Source: Dicyema japonicum (Eukaryota > Animalia > Dicyemida). Taken from it: a DNA stretch of 64,000 nt. Numbering within the stretch: the first letter of the stretch is position 1; every line of letters begins with the position of its first letter. The translations under genes and the position numbers were made by a program. Below, piece after piece: positions 1-13,525 of the stretch. The stretch lies in NCBI GenBank assembly GCA_011109175.1, contig RDEW01000056.1, positions 213,401-277,400 of the forward strand. The letters run 5' to 3'. A model generated the notes under the pieces. That model had not been told where the DNA came from. It saw only the letters and a program-made list of their open reading frames with translations, and did no database searches.

Positions 1-215
1 TAGTGATGTCCGCGACTGTAAAACGTATGATGAAAATAGAAGAGGGCAATTTACCTCTCATCTGAACATAATTATACTAAACGACGATCTCAAAAAAATA
101 GGGAGACGTCTTAGAGAGAGTTTAGATGGACCTTGATCGCAGGAAGACGATGTTAGTTTCTCAGGTTGAACATGACTTTCCATGATCATGGAAGCGAAGG
201 GGCATTAACAATAAG
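1..215 (+). mobile_element. RTE-like LINE 3' relic
   Basis: Translates as ...IILNDDLKKIGRRLRESLD, similar to the C-terminus of the RTE copies at 18500 and 27780. Confidence 0.45.
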
Positions 216-1039
216 TAAACTACCCCATCCGTGGTAGAATCACGGTAGGGATAGATAAATTAGTAGTTCATGAATGTGGAGTCTGAATTCGATATAAGCC
301 TGGATTCTTGGATTTCTATACTGAAAGTTGTGTAGGTCAATACACTCATCGGAAGGTCAAATGATGTTCAGCTACACTAACTTTTTGTATTTAATAAAAA
401 TTCTATTAAGAAAATAGTAAAATAAAATTGGAAAAAATAAAAGCTGTAGGCAAAAAAATATTGTAGTTAGATTTAATGCAATAGAAATGGATAAATCTGG
501 ATACATTATCAATTTCACCACATCTTTATTATTTTTCATCTGAGATTTATTATACTTTGCGTAGAAATTCAGAAGGAACATGAACGTTCTAAAAATTTTC
601 TTGGTTCAATCAAACTGCGATCATTTCTTTAACTGAGGCAAGTTTAGTTGTTTCAGTTAAATGAGTTTTTTTTAATCTACTCTCGTTATCTGAATTATAT
701 TAAATTCCATTAATTTTTGTAGTTGAAAAATGATTATCGAACATATTGTTTGAAACAGGTTACTTACTAAAAATAAAATTAGCATTTATAGTAGTTATAG
801 CAGATGCAGAGGTTACGGAGTTAGCGTTTTCGCGGATAAGTGCAATTCCCATTAGTTGCCTCCGCCAGACCACTTCCCGCACGTTTTTCTTACGATGAAC
901 AAAAGCTCGAATTGATTGCAGATTGGCACGTTAAAGTGGCTGTTTAGAAGAAATTTGGCTGATTTTCTCAATACGACAGAGTTGAAAGACTCGACCTCGT
1001 TGATAAAATTACTTTCCAAGTATGTGATAATTATATTTA

Positions 1040-1310
1040 TCTAAAGTCCGTGGTTTGTTAGTGTGACCTGAATGCATTGCAGATGTCCAGTTCGACTCAT
1101 AATGAGTAGATTTTGTTCGTCTTTCTGTCCAAAAAAGCATTTCGTAGCATGCACCACTTCCTCGCATTTTTCTGGGATCACGAATGGGCGGTAATCTGCC
1201 GAGGGACATGGATGCTTTCGTCTGAGCTGTTCGATCACTTCAGGCGTTTCAGCCAGAACAGCATCGTTACTGGCAACGACGCACAACGTCGCTCGGACGT
1301 CGCCTTCAAA
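1040..1310 (-). mobile_element. CRE-clade non-LTR retrotransposon fragment (region upstream of RT)
   Basis: FEGDVRATLCVVASNDAVLAETPEVIEQLRRKHP resembles the EGDxRxAxRxxxSxD...L..KHP motif recalled for CRE-type elements. Confidence 0.4.
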
Positions 1311-1999
1311 TAGGTACGATTTACTCTCTCTTCAAGTTTGTCCAGGGCTACTCAAAAAACAGATGATTGGCATCAGGGTTTTGTTTCAGGACTTCCGTCA
1401 TGGTGACAGAATATACAGGCTTTTAATTAATAAAAATGATAAAAATTACTTTTATATCATTTTCATAATAATATAAAATGATATTGAAATTGAGATCGCT
1501 TCACAAAACTACCTCAAGCAGGTCGAGGTAGAAAGTTCACAGGTATGACCTACTGGCGAACGAACTAGAGATTGTCCATCGTGCAAAAAAATAATCCATG
1601 TGGTAATCACATGGGATGAAATTGTCTCCAAATTCTTTAAAGGATGCCCCTAGGTGGAGGAGAGAGAGTCAAAGCTTATATACAGACGCTAGTGTTACGG
1701 AAGACTTTGGAGAGTATGCAAGCTGAGGAGAGGCATGGAGCATCGATGCCTGTTGATGAGGAAGACGGCATGGAATGTTAAACAAGAGTAGTCTCGGAAT
1801 TTAGGGAATGCGGCGACGTGAACACGCCTATAAAGGCAATAGGATTTTGCCTCTAGAATAGAAGATTGAATTAGTCGGGCGTTATTAAAGAATTACCTTT
1901 ACATATTTTTAATTAATAAAATTTCGTTTAAATGATAAAAAATCTAGCATTATAGCACTTAAATTGCCATATTCATAACCCTTTGTGAGTCCTGCTTGA

Positions 2000-2660
2000 G
2001 GATGTGGAGGTACTAAGAACTGCAGTAAATAAAGACACAACGCTTCTGGAGAGGTGGTTTTTGAAGATCAAATCAGAAATAAAACATAGTTAATACTTTA
2101 CCTCTGACAAAAGATTAGGAAGGAAAACACCTTGAAGTTAAACAAGGTCGGCATTCCTTTCAACAGATGTCATAAGATCTTGGGTGTGACAAATGATGTG
2201 CATCTCTGTTTGACACCACATGTAGAAAACATTCTATTGAAATGCATGAAGAAACCGAACGTATTGAAAAGTTTATCGGGAATATGGAAGAGTGGTACTC
2301 ACCCAGTCTTGATGAACATGTACAAACAGTACATCGAGCCATGTTTTTCATATGCATGCGCCTCGTGGGGACCGTTCATATCTTGGACAAATATGAGGAA
2401 ATGCAAAAAGGGCTTATAGATAACGGAACGTTGGAGTTGTGAAGATCACCGAACCGGACCTACGCCTCTGGAGGCCCTTATGAGACTAGACTCCAGATCA
2501 AGGAAGGTGACCTTGTAAATTCAGGCAGCTGTCCTGTACGTTCACGCGTAGGCATGAAGGAAGAATACCGGGCAAAGATGAGGTCTCTGTTAGAATGCAT
2601 CGGGATCACGTGATAATTAGTTGGTTTTACCTTGGTCTTGGGTTAAATAAATAAAAATTG
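2000..2660 (+). mobile_element. 5'-truncated Ingi/Vingi-like LINE (3' part)
   Basis: KILGVT...YKQYIEPCFSYACASW. Ends with the family terminus GGGATCACGTGATAATTAGTTGGTTTTAC...TAAATAAATAAAA, shared with 14720-15345, 24040-24756 and 42050-42985. Confidence 0.8.
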
Positions 2661-2869
2661 TAATTTATTGCAATTGGGTGGCATACTGATTACTAATCAG
2701 TGAGATCCGAGGGACGTGCCTGTGCTACTATGGATATCCAATTCTACGTCCTATACGTGATGTGCAGTTTTGGGAAAGGAACATTAGACCAAGATTAGGT
2801 CATTGTTGAAGCATGTCTGAATCACCTGATTAGTTAGTTCATATGTCTCTATGCAGTCTATTCGAGCTA

Positions 2870-2926
2870 AATGTTAAATGCATCTACCACGCTTCTTGGC
2901 TTGACGAGTGACATCGTCATCAGTGG
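2870..2926 (+). mobile_element. Partial tRNA-SINE body (SINE-1), cut off at a hAT end
   Basis: GGCTTGACGAGTGACATCGTCATCAGTGG matches the SINE at 28801-28830. Confidence 0.55.
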
Positions 2927-4270
2927 TTCCCAACCTTTTGAGAGCACGAAACCCTATCGACATTTTTCATTTTATGCTGAACCCTATATAGTTTTTAACA
3001 ATTTTCAGTATTTTACTAATATAAAAAAATAAAATACTAGTTGTGAGATTGTTGAGGCTGATGTCTCTTCCATAGCTATGTGATATTTGTCCTTGACAAA
3101 GATAAAAGTAGGTTTTCTTCCACATACAGTAGGTTCTCGCGGTTTTATGGTTTATATTTGTTAATGCAGAACATCCACTTTCACAGAAATAGATGTTGAA
3201 AACTGCATCAAACCCCTTTAAGCTTTGTTTGCCAGAATAGGATATTCTTTTTAATGATCAGATAAAAAAGAATCAATATCAAGCTGTAAATATTCCATTT
3301 TATACGTTCTGTTACTTGAAACTAACGCAAGTTCTTCTTCCTCTTTTAATTATAGCTCGTTTCCAGTAGTTTCGTACTCAGCATAAGGATTCCTTACCAA
3401 ATCATAGTTTAACTGATTTGGGTGGAAAATAATTTTTGTACATGTAAATAGTGACTCCAAATAGTGTACAATTTGTAGAACAATTTCTTTAAAATTTCTT
3501 TCTGTCAAATGAGGGAACATTTCCAAGTTTCCATTCTTGATATGTCGTTTCCATATTTCTAGTTTTTTCAGAAAATCAGTTATTTTGTTGCGCAACTAAA
3601 TAGATTTCATTTGTTCCTTGCATGCTACCATTGAAAACATTGAGTTCATGAAAAATATCGACGAGGTATGCTAATTTGCCACACCAACATTCAGGCATTC
3701 AATAAAGTCATCCAACGTGTCTTGTATACAAAAAGCCAACAATTCGTGTCTTAGAACCGAATTAACATGTTTCCCTTTGAGAGTTATCTTACTTCAGATC
3801 CAAAATCAAAACTGAATGTTCTGCATTTTCAAAGTTTTGAGAACTGTCGCAATTTCAACGACTTCATTTTTATGTAATTAATTATTTTTACAACCATGTC
3901 CAAACACTCAAAAATATGAATTTATAAGATTGAAAATGTCATCCCTTTTTTCCGAGCAACTCTTTGCAGCAAAGAAAATCTTCAACAATGAATTCATCGA
4001 TCATATATCCAACGAAAACAAGGAGTGAATTCTTCCCGTCATATCTAAGCTTTCATCCACTTAAGCGCAAAAAAGATTTTTTTTTGCTTAACCAATGTGG
4101 TTTAATCTCATCAGACATATCCTTGATTCGTCTGCTCACAGATTTATTAGAAATATGAATTAAGTCGAACTCAGAGGCAGCAATTTCTCCGAAGATTATC
4201 TTCACTACTTTTATGTTTGCATGTAAAATAACAGTTTCGGCGAGAGTATGTGATTTCATATTTTACGAAA
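2921..4270 (-). mobile_element. hAT (Buster/Charlie) transposon with decayed transposase
   Basis: TIR-like CAGTGGTTCCCAACCTTTT at 2921. Minus-strand fragments KSHTLAETVIL...ISNKSVSRRIKDMS and NKITDFLKKLEIWKRHIKNGNLEMFP are typical of ZBED5/Buster transposases. Many stops; second TIR not found. Confidence 0.85.
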
Positions 4271-4914
4271 ATCAACAGCACAACTAGCATGCACTACTTT
4301 TTCGTTTATTTTGAATTTTTTGTAAAACGGGATGCTTGAACTTTATTTTGGTCCAATTTCCGCATAAAATATTTATTTTTTTTCTTTGAAAGGTCAGGGT
4401 GCTCGTCTGATCTTTCGCTTGAGAGACCTTTCTTACCGCACATGTTTACTCCGTCGGTCTTTTGTTTTTTGATTTTAAGAAAAAGCCAAAGTTGTTGATT
4501 TTAAAAAAAACCTCACGTGGAAGATTGTTCAATATTGGTGCAAGTTTGAAGGAGACCACGTTGAAGTCTTTTTGAAGTTGGACGGCAAATTTGTCAGTGA
4601 CTTTAAAAACGATTTTGTACAAACAAAACATCACTGGAAAGTAAATAGAGTGGAGTCTATATTTGCATTGTAAAGAACATATTAAGGGATGATATGCTCG
4701 TTTTTGGATATATTGTGGTCTCACGTGTTCAAAACAGTAATTTTGTCTTAACGTTGGTTACCATCTTTATATCCTCCATAACAATCAATATATTAACCTC
4801 TATAATGGTCGAGTGAGTTTATCACATTATTCTTTTGTATAATAAAGGCTTATTAATTTGTTGTGATTGGGTAATTTAATGTAATATCTTCTCCTTGATC
4901 AATTTATGATCAGG

Positions 4915-5090
4915 TGAATGGTTATGGGTTCAATTCTCCTATTGGCTACTTGGTGGAAGGTTTTTATTTATTTTCCATATCTACTAAAGTAGTGTCACTT
5001 GTCTCAGGCGATGTCCAGTGTTAAAATTACACAAATAATATCATTTTTCTGTCCCAGTGCATTGGAGAGGTTCCAACGACTACAAGGACT
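4915..5090 (+). mobile_element. Decayed SINE-2 (tRNA-like head plus ribozyme-like module)
   Basis: GGTTATGGGTTCAATTCTC...CTTGGTGGAAGGTT matches the SINE head at 28735-28780. Downstream ...CCAGTG...CACAAATAATATCATTTT...TGGAGAGGTTCC resembles 37060-37135. Confidence 0.35.
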
Positions 5091-5249
5091 GGTCTTTCCT
5101 ATCCAGACCCAGATAATGCTTTTAAGCAAGCCGAGGATCAGAGAATGAAGAACTGAAGCATTTCGAAGGATCATTTGTTTGTCATATTTGCTTTTGAGAC
5201 GTCAGGAATCCTTATTCCAAAAGAGGTCGAAGGAATCCTTAGTTGTTTG

Positions 5250-5830
5250 TTATTCGTATTTTTTACCGACTTCTCCGTTCACTATATGAACTTTTAATTT
5301 CAGATGATTGAACGACCTCAAAAAAAGCATCCACTGGCATGCGACATAGCCACAAGAAGAGGATAGAACTAAATACCAGGTTTAGAATATACAAAGCTGT
5401 TGTCATCCCAGGTGCTAACCTACAACTATGGGACATGGGGAATCTCTAAACGGGAAATGGACCGTCTTGACTCTTTCCACAGTGCTCAGCTCAAAAATCA
5501 AGATTAACTGGCCTATGAAGATCTCTGATGCAAACCTTTAAAATAAATGCAAATACTGCGTGCTGTCAGATGATATTTTGAATAAAGACGTCTAAATGAC
5601 CAGTTCTAATGACCATTTCGCAATGGTCAACTACTTCGCACACACAGGAGTCGGATTTGGCCGAAGACCAAAACAACATTTCTGACTCTTCTTAACGAAG
5701 ACACATCGGCCGATGGTATGAGACTAAATTCGACAGACGATCTGGACTACCTAAGAGAACAAGTGCGCAACTGAGGATAATTGTCGAGGTTGACTGAAGG
5801 ATATCTAGGAATACGGCACAAGCGAAATTT
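5250..5830 (+). mobile_element. RTE LINE 3' relic
   Basis: RIELNTRFRIYKAVVIP...YNYGTWGISKREMDRLDSFH, similar to the C-terminus of the 17275-18657 ORF. Confidence 0.7.
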
Positions 5831-6069
5831 AACTAATTTATGTTTTCTGGGGAGTGGTTTTAATGATTAAATTGTTTTCCGCAATTAAATTTTGTTTCTA
5901 AACAATAAAAGATTAATTTCGATGTGTTTCATTTTCACGTGGTATAGTTTGACTCAAAGCCTCGCATACAACTCCACTGAGCTAATTGCCATTCTCACCA
6001 TCCACAAAATCAATATTTCTTTCCTACAAGAAACGTAACTATCTGGAAAATCAATTTTTCCTTAATTCA

Positions 6070-6910
6070 AAAATTATTGTATTATTCGCCGGGACGACCT
6101 AATTCAGGCATGAGAAGCTATGTACTCATCCTTATAAACAAGTCAATTACTTTTTGTGATACTTCTACTCGGACACACGCTCTGATTGAAAGTCACATTG
6201 GACATACTTCCGTCCATGTCACCGTAAACATTCGTAAATATTTACATCCCAGCACCCGGTCCCTGTATAAAACAATACTCCCAAAAACTGACTGAACGGC
6301 AAAGACCCACTTTGGCTAATCTGTGATTAGGGTAAAGAGAGAGAGTTTATATACAATATATTAACTGAAAAAAAATCCCACATTCGAATAACTTCCAGAG
6401 GAACTTGAATGATGGAACAATTTCATTACCAAAATGCACCACTGAACGAAACTAAAGGATTTCTGGGGGATGCTTACGTGGTATTCAGTCGAGACAAAAT
6501 AGAATGGATACAACCCACGCCACCAGTATTGACAAGAATCAAACATCACTTAATTTCGCCATAATGGACCACCAGATACCATAATGGACCACCAATACGA
6601 AAAAGTAATTTAAGGTTCAAACTCCTCAAGGAAAACCTATTTGTAATCACGACTGAAGTTGAAAACTTTATAAAAACGTAAAAACTCTTTTGCCAAAAGG
6701 CTTGATGGAATCTGCGTCTAAAGCGGATGGGAATGCAGGGACTTAAAGCAATCACAAATCTGATTTCTGTGTCCATCAACAACTGTAGAATTCCTGTACT
6801 ATGGAAGATACAAAATAATCCCAACCCTGAAGCCCAAAAAAGATACTTCAGATCCAGGATCTTTCAGACTGATTTCACTACTATCTATAGTGTCGAAAAT
6901 TGTTAACGTG
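6070..6910 (+). mobile_element. Decayed LINE: APE fragment plus RT N-terminus
   Basis: VLILINKSITF...LIES (APE-like) and GLKAITNLISVSINNCRIPVLWK..IIPTLKPKKDTSDPGSFRLISLLSIVSKI (RT domains 0-1). Confidence 0.6.
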
Positions 6911-7139
6911 TTGTATCCGTTGAAGGAATTTTACTTATTTTCCATTTTTTCGAATTCTTAGTGGAGTTAGACAAAATATAATTGTCACCGTCCTTTGGAA
7001 GAATCCGCCGCTGAGAGAATCTAGCTTATTTCCAAAAAATAATTACACTAAAATGAATTGGGGAAATATATTAGATTTGTTATAAAAAACTAAAAAATAT
7101 ACTATTTCAAAAAATAATTAATCACACTTGTTGGTTGCG

Positions 7140-7560
7140 GTGGAGACGAGGCCTTGATTGCACTATGTCTTATTTGTATTCCTTACCGACTTCTCCGTTC
7201 ATTCTGTAATCTTTCAATTGCAGAGGACTTAAATAACCTTATCAGAAACACCAACTGGTATACAATCTAACCAAATATGATTTCTCTGTTTGCTGTCTAC
7301 AAAAGACAAAAACGACCAACAATGTACAGAACTGTTTTGAAAATTCCACCTTTTTATCCTCTCATCGGCCTGCCGACATTATGGTCTTAGATTTGCAGTC
7401 TACCGGGATCTGCGGACAGCATTTGATATTAAAATAGAAATAGCGGTCGACCTGGACTTCCTAAGAGAACTAGTGCGGAACAGAAGATCATGTTCGAAGC
7501 TGACGGTGAGAAGACAGAATCAGGATATTGGTGAAAATACGGCTTCACGAAATAAGGCTC
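7140..7560 (+). mobile_element. Internally deleted RTE 3' relic
   Basis: DNA similarity to 5250-5830 (TTACCGACTTCTCCGTTCA; GACCTGGACTTCCTAAGAGAACTAGTGCGGAAC). Confidence 0.5.
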
Positions 7561-8044
7561 TAAATCAATTAATGAAATTTTTTTGAATTTTAGATCTAAA
7601 AATATTAATCATCAATATGAATCCCATAACGGTTTCTTTAAGGTAAAGGGTCGTTAATAGCTCAGCTTTGACTTTGTCAGTATCGTTTTAATAACATAAG
7701 TCGTAAAGATTAAGCAATTTATTTAAAAAATTTTATAATAATATTTACAAATTCGGCATTGTACAATTTTTCTAATTTTTTCATTAATTCATTAAAAAAT
7801 TTCATTAATTCATTTAGAGCCTTATTTTGTGAAGCATGTATTGCAAAAGTACCGAAAATACTCCCAATTTTAATGAAACGAGAAAGTAATCCGCGGGAGA
7901 TTCTATCAGAACCTCACTAATGAGGACCATGCTGGGAGATAATCTCTCAGTTTATATTCGAGGAACGTGTTACTTGCCATTCGTCATCTCATAATAAATT
8001 GTTTCCAAATGCTTCCCATACCTAGTTGTAGTTAAGTAATAATT

Positions 8045-8345
8045 CCATGTAAACCAACTAATTAAGTAATCCCGGTTCGCCTCAAAAGGATCGAGAGGTT
8101 TTTAGACGTGCTAGTTTGCCAAATAGGGAATTGATCATAAGTGAATTTGATATCCAAGCTCCAGAGGCCCATGAGGCACAAGCATACTCAATCGGCAGTT
8201 TTAATAGTTGATTGAACACGACAAGGGCGCATTTTTGTGACGGCCTGGACTTCAAGAGCGGTTTGATTATATTTAGTTTCCTGAGACCCTTTGTCAAAAC
8301 GTTCTTTACATACTGAGAAAATGTCATCAAAGGGTCAAAGAGTCA
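8045..8345 (-). mobile_element. Ingi/Vingi-like LINE 3' fragment
   Basis: LVVFNQLLKLPIEYACASW followed by the reverse complement of the family 3' terminus. Confidence 0.7.
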
Positions 8346-8619
8346 ATTATAATTTTAGACTTTTTTGATTAATGAATTAATGAAAATTAAATTTTTATAA
8401 TTATAAAATTAATATAAATATCATTTTTAAATTATTAAAAATAAATTCATCAATATAACAAGTGAATAAAATTATACACATCGACTTGTTCACTATACAT
8501 GATTATGTTATTGCTAATGATATTGTTCTCAATCACGAAGTTCGTCTTTAAACATATGATGTCAGTAAATTTCAAAAGTTTATTGAAAAGTATCGTTACA
8601 AATGTAATTTATAAATAAT

Positions 8620-9400
8620 AATGGTAGACAAACGATAATTCAATTGAACAGTCATCCGGATAAATAAAAATATTAGTATTATTATTCCTCGGAAGCGGAA
8701 AACTCGCCATGAATATATTAAACAAAATAGGGCTTAACACCGAACCTTGTGGTACTCCCCTATTGATTGATATTGCATCGGGAATATTTCCACACACCTT
8801 GACAAAAGAATGTCTTTTCTGAAGATAATTTCTTATCCAAATAAATAGGTATCTTGGAACACATGTTGATACAAGCTGTTTTAACAACGTTTCATTGCAT
8901 TCCTTGTCGAATGCTGTCGATATATCAAGACATAATAAGTTTATTTGCCTTTTGGAATCCCAAGCGTTCATGATTTCAGAATTCAGTAGAAAGAAACAGT
9001 CTGCACATCCTCCTCCGAGACGAAAACCCCACTGTTCCGAAATCAGAAAGTCATTCTCTTTGATATGTCTCCTTGCCTTTTGAAAATGATACGTTCAATC
9101 ACTTTCGCTAAAGAACATATTAAGCTAGTTGGTCTGTAGCTTGCCGGATCTCTCTTTGGCTTCCCTGGTTTTGGAATCATCCTCACAACAGCTTTGTTCC
9201 ATAATAAATGGAGGTGGCCAAGTCGTAAACACTCATCATAAAAACATCGCGGATAGTCAAATAAAATATCCGGACACTTTTTAATAAGTTCTTTGAATTT
9301 TTTGTAGCTGATTCCAGAATATATAAATATGTTTCCTCTGTTATGCATACTCCCCCGTCTGGTTTATTCAAATTAATTTTTGGAGCCATTGAGTCGCCGT
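8620..9400 (-). mobile_element. Decayed non-LTR reverse transcriptase
   Basis: WNKAVVRMIPKPGKPKRDPASYRPTSL; QCGFR; LDISTAFD; GVPQGSVLSPILFNIF; FIYPDD. Frameshifted. Confidence 0.85.
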
Positions 9401-9489
9401 TTCAATGACCGGTTTTGAGCAAATACCAGTTCATTGTAAGGGAGTTTGTTTCAGTACAAATCACTTTCTCTTTATTCATGACCTGAAGA

Positions 9490-9790
9490 TGTATGCTCAA
9501 CAGCCGAGGAGCTCTACATCATGGGGGTCTGTGCCCAAAAATTTTAGAGAGTATAAGACTAGATTTGAATTATTTTAAGTTTGCGACTAACATGCAAGTA
9601 AGTAGCGAGTTAGTAATAGTCCTAGAGGAACACGAACGATATAAGTGTCTGGCTGTTACCGAAACTCCAAAGTCCCTTATAATACCTTAGAGAAAGCAAC
9701 AAATTACTGAAGGCAATCGTAAAAGAGCAGCGTTATTATGTAAGACGTCTCTAAATGCAAGGAATTTTGTGAACCGACTATCTTAAATGC
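9490..9790 (+). mobile_element. Possible R4/Dong-like RT C-terminal fragment
   Basis: KFATNMQ...LEEHERYKCLAVTE resembles the KSATN...YKYLGVxE region of R4-type RTs. Confidence 0.3.
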
Positions 9791-10739
9791 GAGTCTTGAT
9801 AATAGTACAACTCTCGTAAGTTCCCTTTTATATACCTTTCACAAATTTATAGACTTCTCAATTGTCAGCCAGAATGAGAAAATCTTACTCCGTAATATTA
9901 AATTCAACAAATTCATTTCCAAATAGAACTACCGTACAAATAAAATAGTTTCCAAGACCTACCGTGGTATTTAGACGATACAAAATAAAGAGACCGCAAC
10001 CCTCGGAATTGGTATTGATAGGAATCTACCCCATGTGATTTTACTTATTGAGGTGATTCCATAATAAACCACTACTCAATAGTGAGTCAAACCAACTTGA
10101 ACAAATGAACTCACCTTGTTAACTAAGACTAAATTATACAAAACATACTTCTCCAGTCAAACATGCAGAGTCATCTCTACCGAGAGACATCCGGATAAAG
10201 ATGACTTGTCCTTAATATAAAATGGATTATTTTTTATCTTCATAGTGTAACTTCTCCGAGTTGTCAAGTTCTATCAACTAATTTCTAACAATGTTCCATA
10301 GTTTACCAAATTTTTATAAAAAGCACTTTATCCGTAGTAATAATATAACAAAAAACTATGCTTATTCGAATATATTTTACAGTTTTGAGTAATATTTCGG
10401 TACAATCGGAATCGACCTGTTGTATTCTCTGTTTAATTCTGCAATTTAAATTTTCTGTCTACAGATGTTTATTAATTTTGGTAAGATGCTGTTTTTTGGG
10501 TGGCTTCATCATTATGAAAGATTTTACCTGCAGCGTTTGTTCCCTGGATAACAAACGATCCATTGTTTGATTGTTCCTTGTTATTCTTCCTGGAATGTGT
10601 CAGGCTGTCAAGATACTATCACAAATACTTATCACGAATATCGACTGAGAATCGAACCCAATTAGTGCAGCAAATCCGTACCGTTAATGTATTTAATATA
10701 AACAAATTTAGTAATTTATCAATATTTAATAAACTCTAT

Positions 10740-11440
10740 GCAAGTAATGGGCTATTATGAATTTCAACTACAATAAAAGCCTGAGAGTGTTGCACTCCCA
10801 TATTTTGAGGTTCTCTGAGTTTATGGATATTAACCTAATTTCCAATTTTGTGGTAAATCGGGATACAATCAAATATACAACTACTGATTTCAATATCATC
10901 ATTAACAACCTTCATCGTATAACATGCTTAAAGATCCATGATTCAAACACAGAAATAGTCACAGTTGATGAAGTAAAAATCTTATCACCTAATATTCTAC
11001 AGGAAAGCAGACATCTTTTTCCAGCGTTAAAACTCGCAAGTACCCTTCTATCATAGAGATTCCGTACACGTTACAATTTCCTTTAGTATTCCAACAAGTA
11101 AATAATATTTTGATGGATCAACGGGTAAGGTAGAAATTTCATTATGAGGAGTAGTTAAAAATATCTTGGAACCTCTTCTGTCAACAAGATGTATTCTACC
11201 TGCTAAATCTCACCAATGCACAAATTCTTAAATAAAACTGAGGACTATCATAAACGGATGATGATCTGTTTAAAAATAGGAAATGAGAATCGCATGATAT
11301 AACCCTCCCAAGTCCTTCTTCCACGTCGCATATTCGAAGTGTTCGTTTCTTGCTTTAAAAGCCAAGTATATCCATAAATCGTCGTTCAAAATTTGAGATC
11401 GACAATGCTATTTTTCCCAAATTGACGTCGTGCTTATTCC
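10740..11440 (-). pseudogene. WD40-repeat protein pseudogene (family unresolved)
   Basis: Fragments RTLRICDVEEG, DLAGRIHLVDRRGSKIFLTTPHNEISTLPVDPSKYYLLVG and GNCNVYG lie in different frames with stops. Confidence 0.45.
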
Positions 11441-11509
11441 TGTACAGTTTATTATAGAACCAATGTTGAGGGAAAAGTCTGGATCCTTGATTTCCTCCTG
11501 AAACTATAG

Positions 11510-11830
11510 ATCCGACCCTCCACAATCCTACTAATCAGTTCTAAGCTTGTCTTGGTACTCTCTTCGGCAGTCTATCAGTTTTTTGATTAAGGAGACTTAC
11601 TGGCCGGGTCGCCTTGTCTGCCCTAGAAGCGATAAGATCTTCTCCTTCTTGTGATCCAAGAACCACCCTTCGACCCATAAAGTAGGCTAGGGAGAATAGC
11701 TCTTTTGAAGATGAACGGCTAACTTGTAACTTTCGTGTACTTCCTTCTCTCCCTTTCGTCGTCCATGTAATATCCTGCGTGTCCATAGTTGACCCCCAGA
11801 TATCTCAGACTCGTGCATTGTTTACTCTCA
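11510..11830 (-). mobile_element. LINE RT C-terminal fragment
   Basis: SLRYLGVNY...IFKRAILPSLLYGS. Confidence 0.5.
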
Positions 11831-13229
11831 GAGTGTATTATTGTTTAGGTATTTTTTCATATTATTTATTCGGATTTCACATGATTTTTCAGCAGAGTCA
11901 CTAACAATTCATGCTTAGTAGAGTCAAAAAAGAAGAGGATGAACAGAAACAAACAAAAAATCTTCAATTCAAGTAGCCACATAAATCGACTCTATCGTTG
12001 ACGCCACGTGGCCTAGTTGAGTATTAAAATACATAAAATTTCCAATTTCAAGCATTATTGCTCTGAATAAATTTCACACATTTTAATTTTAAAATATTAA
12101 CTGATGTGATTGATAAAGTCCGTCTCCTCTTAAAGCCAGGCCTACCCCTACATTACGGCTCTTTGTACTAAATAGTTTGGCTCGTCATGGGATGAGTATT
12201 TCATTCCTTAATTTCATTGTTCAAACGTCAAATAAGCAGCATCCCCCAATCGGTTGGATGTTTACAAATCCATGGCATCGGGAATTCACTCGACAATGAT
12301 AATCTTTATATTGGCAATCCATATCGCTTTGGCTTGGGTGTTTATGAGTTATGAGTTACACCGATGGCTCTTGGAAGATGATCGAGGATTTTTCTATTTC
12401 AGTCTTAAAATTATCTTCAGCATTTTTGTAGAGGTCAGAGGGTTTGTTTCAGACATTACAGCTAATTAATGCGGAAATGGAAGATAACCTTAGTGAAAGA
12501 TCAAGGGACATCTTTAATCATTGGGACAACTCCCACGTCTCATTTATTGAGTCCATTGGTTTAGTATAACGAGGTGTTAGACCTCTGAGTCGACAGAAGT
12601 AATTTCAGTGCTTACACTCTTATTAATATGTATGTCCCCCTCTTCTTTCTGCCAAATGTCTTCTTTCTGAAATTTCTACTCAACTCCAATAACTTTATCA
12701 TTTACAATGAACTCAATTTTTCTGACTCACAATGATATTTGGTTCAGTTCTCAGATACCAGAGAAGGATATACTTCATGTAGTCAAGCTTTAGGACAGTG
12801 TACTGAGTAGTGCAAGTGAAATTTATGAAGAATGATGAGAGTTACCACAATTCCACTATGAGAGCTGACCAGTAAGTGATCTGTAAATTTAGATATGGCT
12901 CATACTCTAAAATTTTGCAAAAAATCAATATTTTCTTTAGTCAAATGTCCATTTTTTTCATAGTCGCAAGCTGAACCACAATGTGATTCTTATTGATATT
13001 TTTATCGCCTCAGAGAAAGTATAATTTACATAAAACTCAAAAGCTACAAATATTTTATCTAAAATGTGATTTTATTAGTTAAATTGGAAAAATCAACAAA
13101 AATGGGAGAGTAAAGACCAAGTCTAGATGTTAGTAGTATAATTAACAACTATCCATTTGTTGAATCCCATAATTAGAAGACCGATTGGGATAATGAGATC
13201 AGAGATAATTTTTGACTTGAACTTTGACC

Positions 13230-13441
13230 GGCTTGACGAGTGACGCCGTGGATACTCACTGCGAACTGGATTGTCTAGAAAAGGACCCACACACAAGAAA
13301 AAGAAAAAAAGAAGTGAAGATCATTCCTTGGTTCAACGATTAGTTAAAAGTAACTGTTCTTTACTTAAATAAAGTGTGTATCCTGCTATGCAGAGCTATA
13401 TATTATGGCTCTCGTGAAAAGGGTGTTATTATTATTATTAT
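13230..13441 (+). mobile_element. SINE-1, 5'-truncated, (TTA)n tail
   Basis: High DNA similarity to 28801-29014. Confidence 0.8.
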
Positions 13442-13525
13442 AAATAAAAAACTGGGAACATGGTTTTCCTGTTTTATGAAATTTCCTGTATAATTGTGTG
13501 GACTGAAGTAAATACAGATAAAATT

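Noticed and set aside
850-1010. NEVESFNSVVLRK resembling a MULE transposase motif
   Set aside because: Single short motif with no supporting context.
4480-4675. Plus-strand open stretch LTWKIVQYWCKFEGDHVEVF..., a possible exon
   Set aside because: I could not link it to a start codon or other exons, or to any family.
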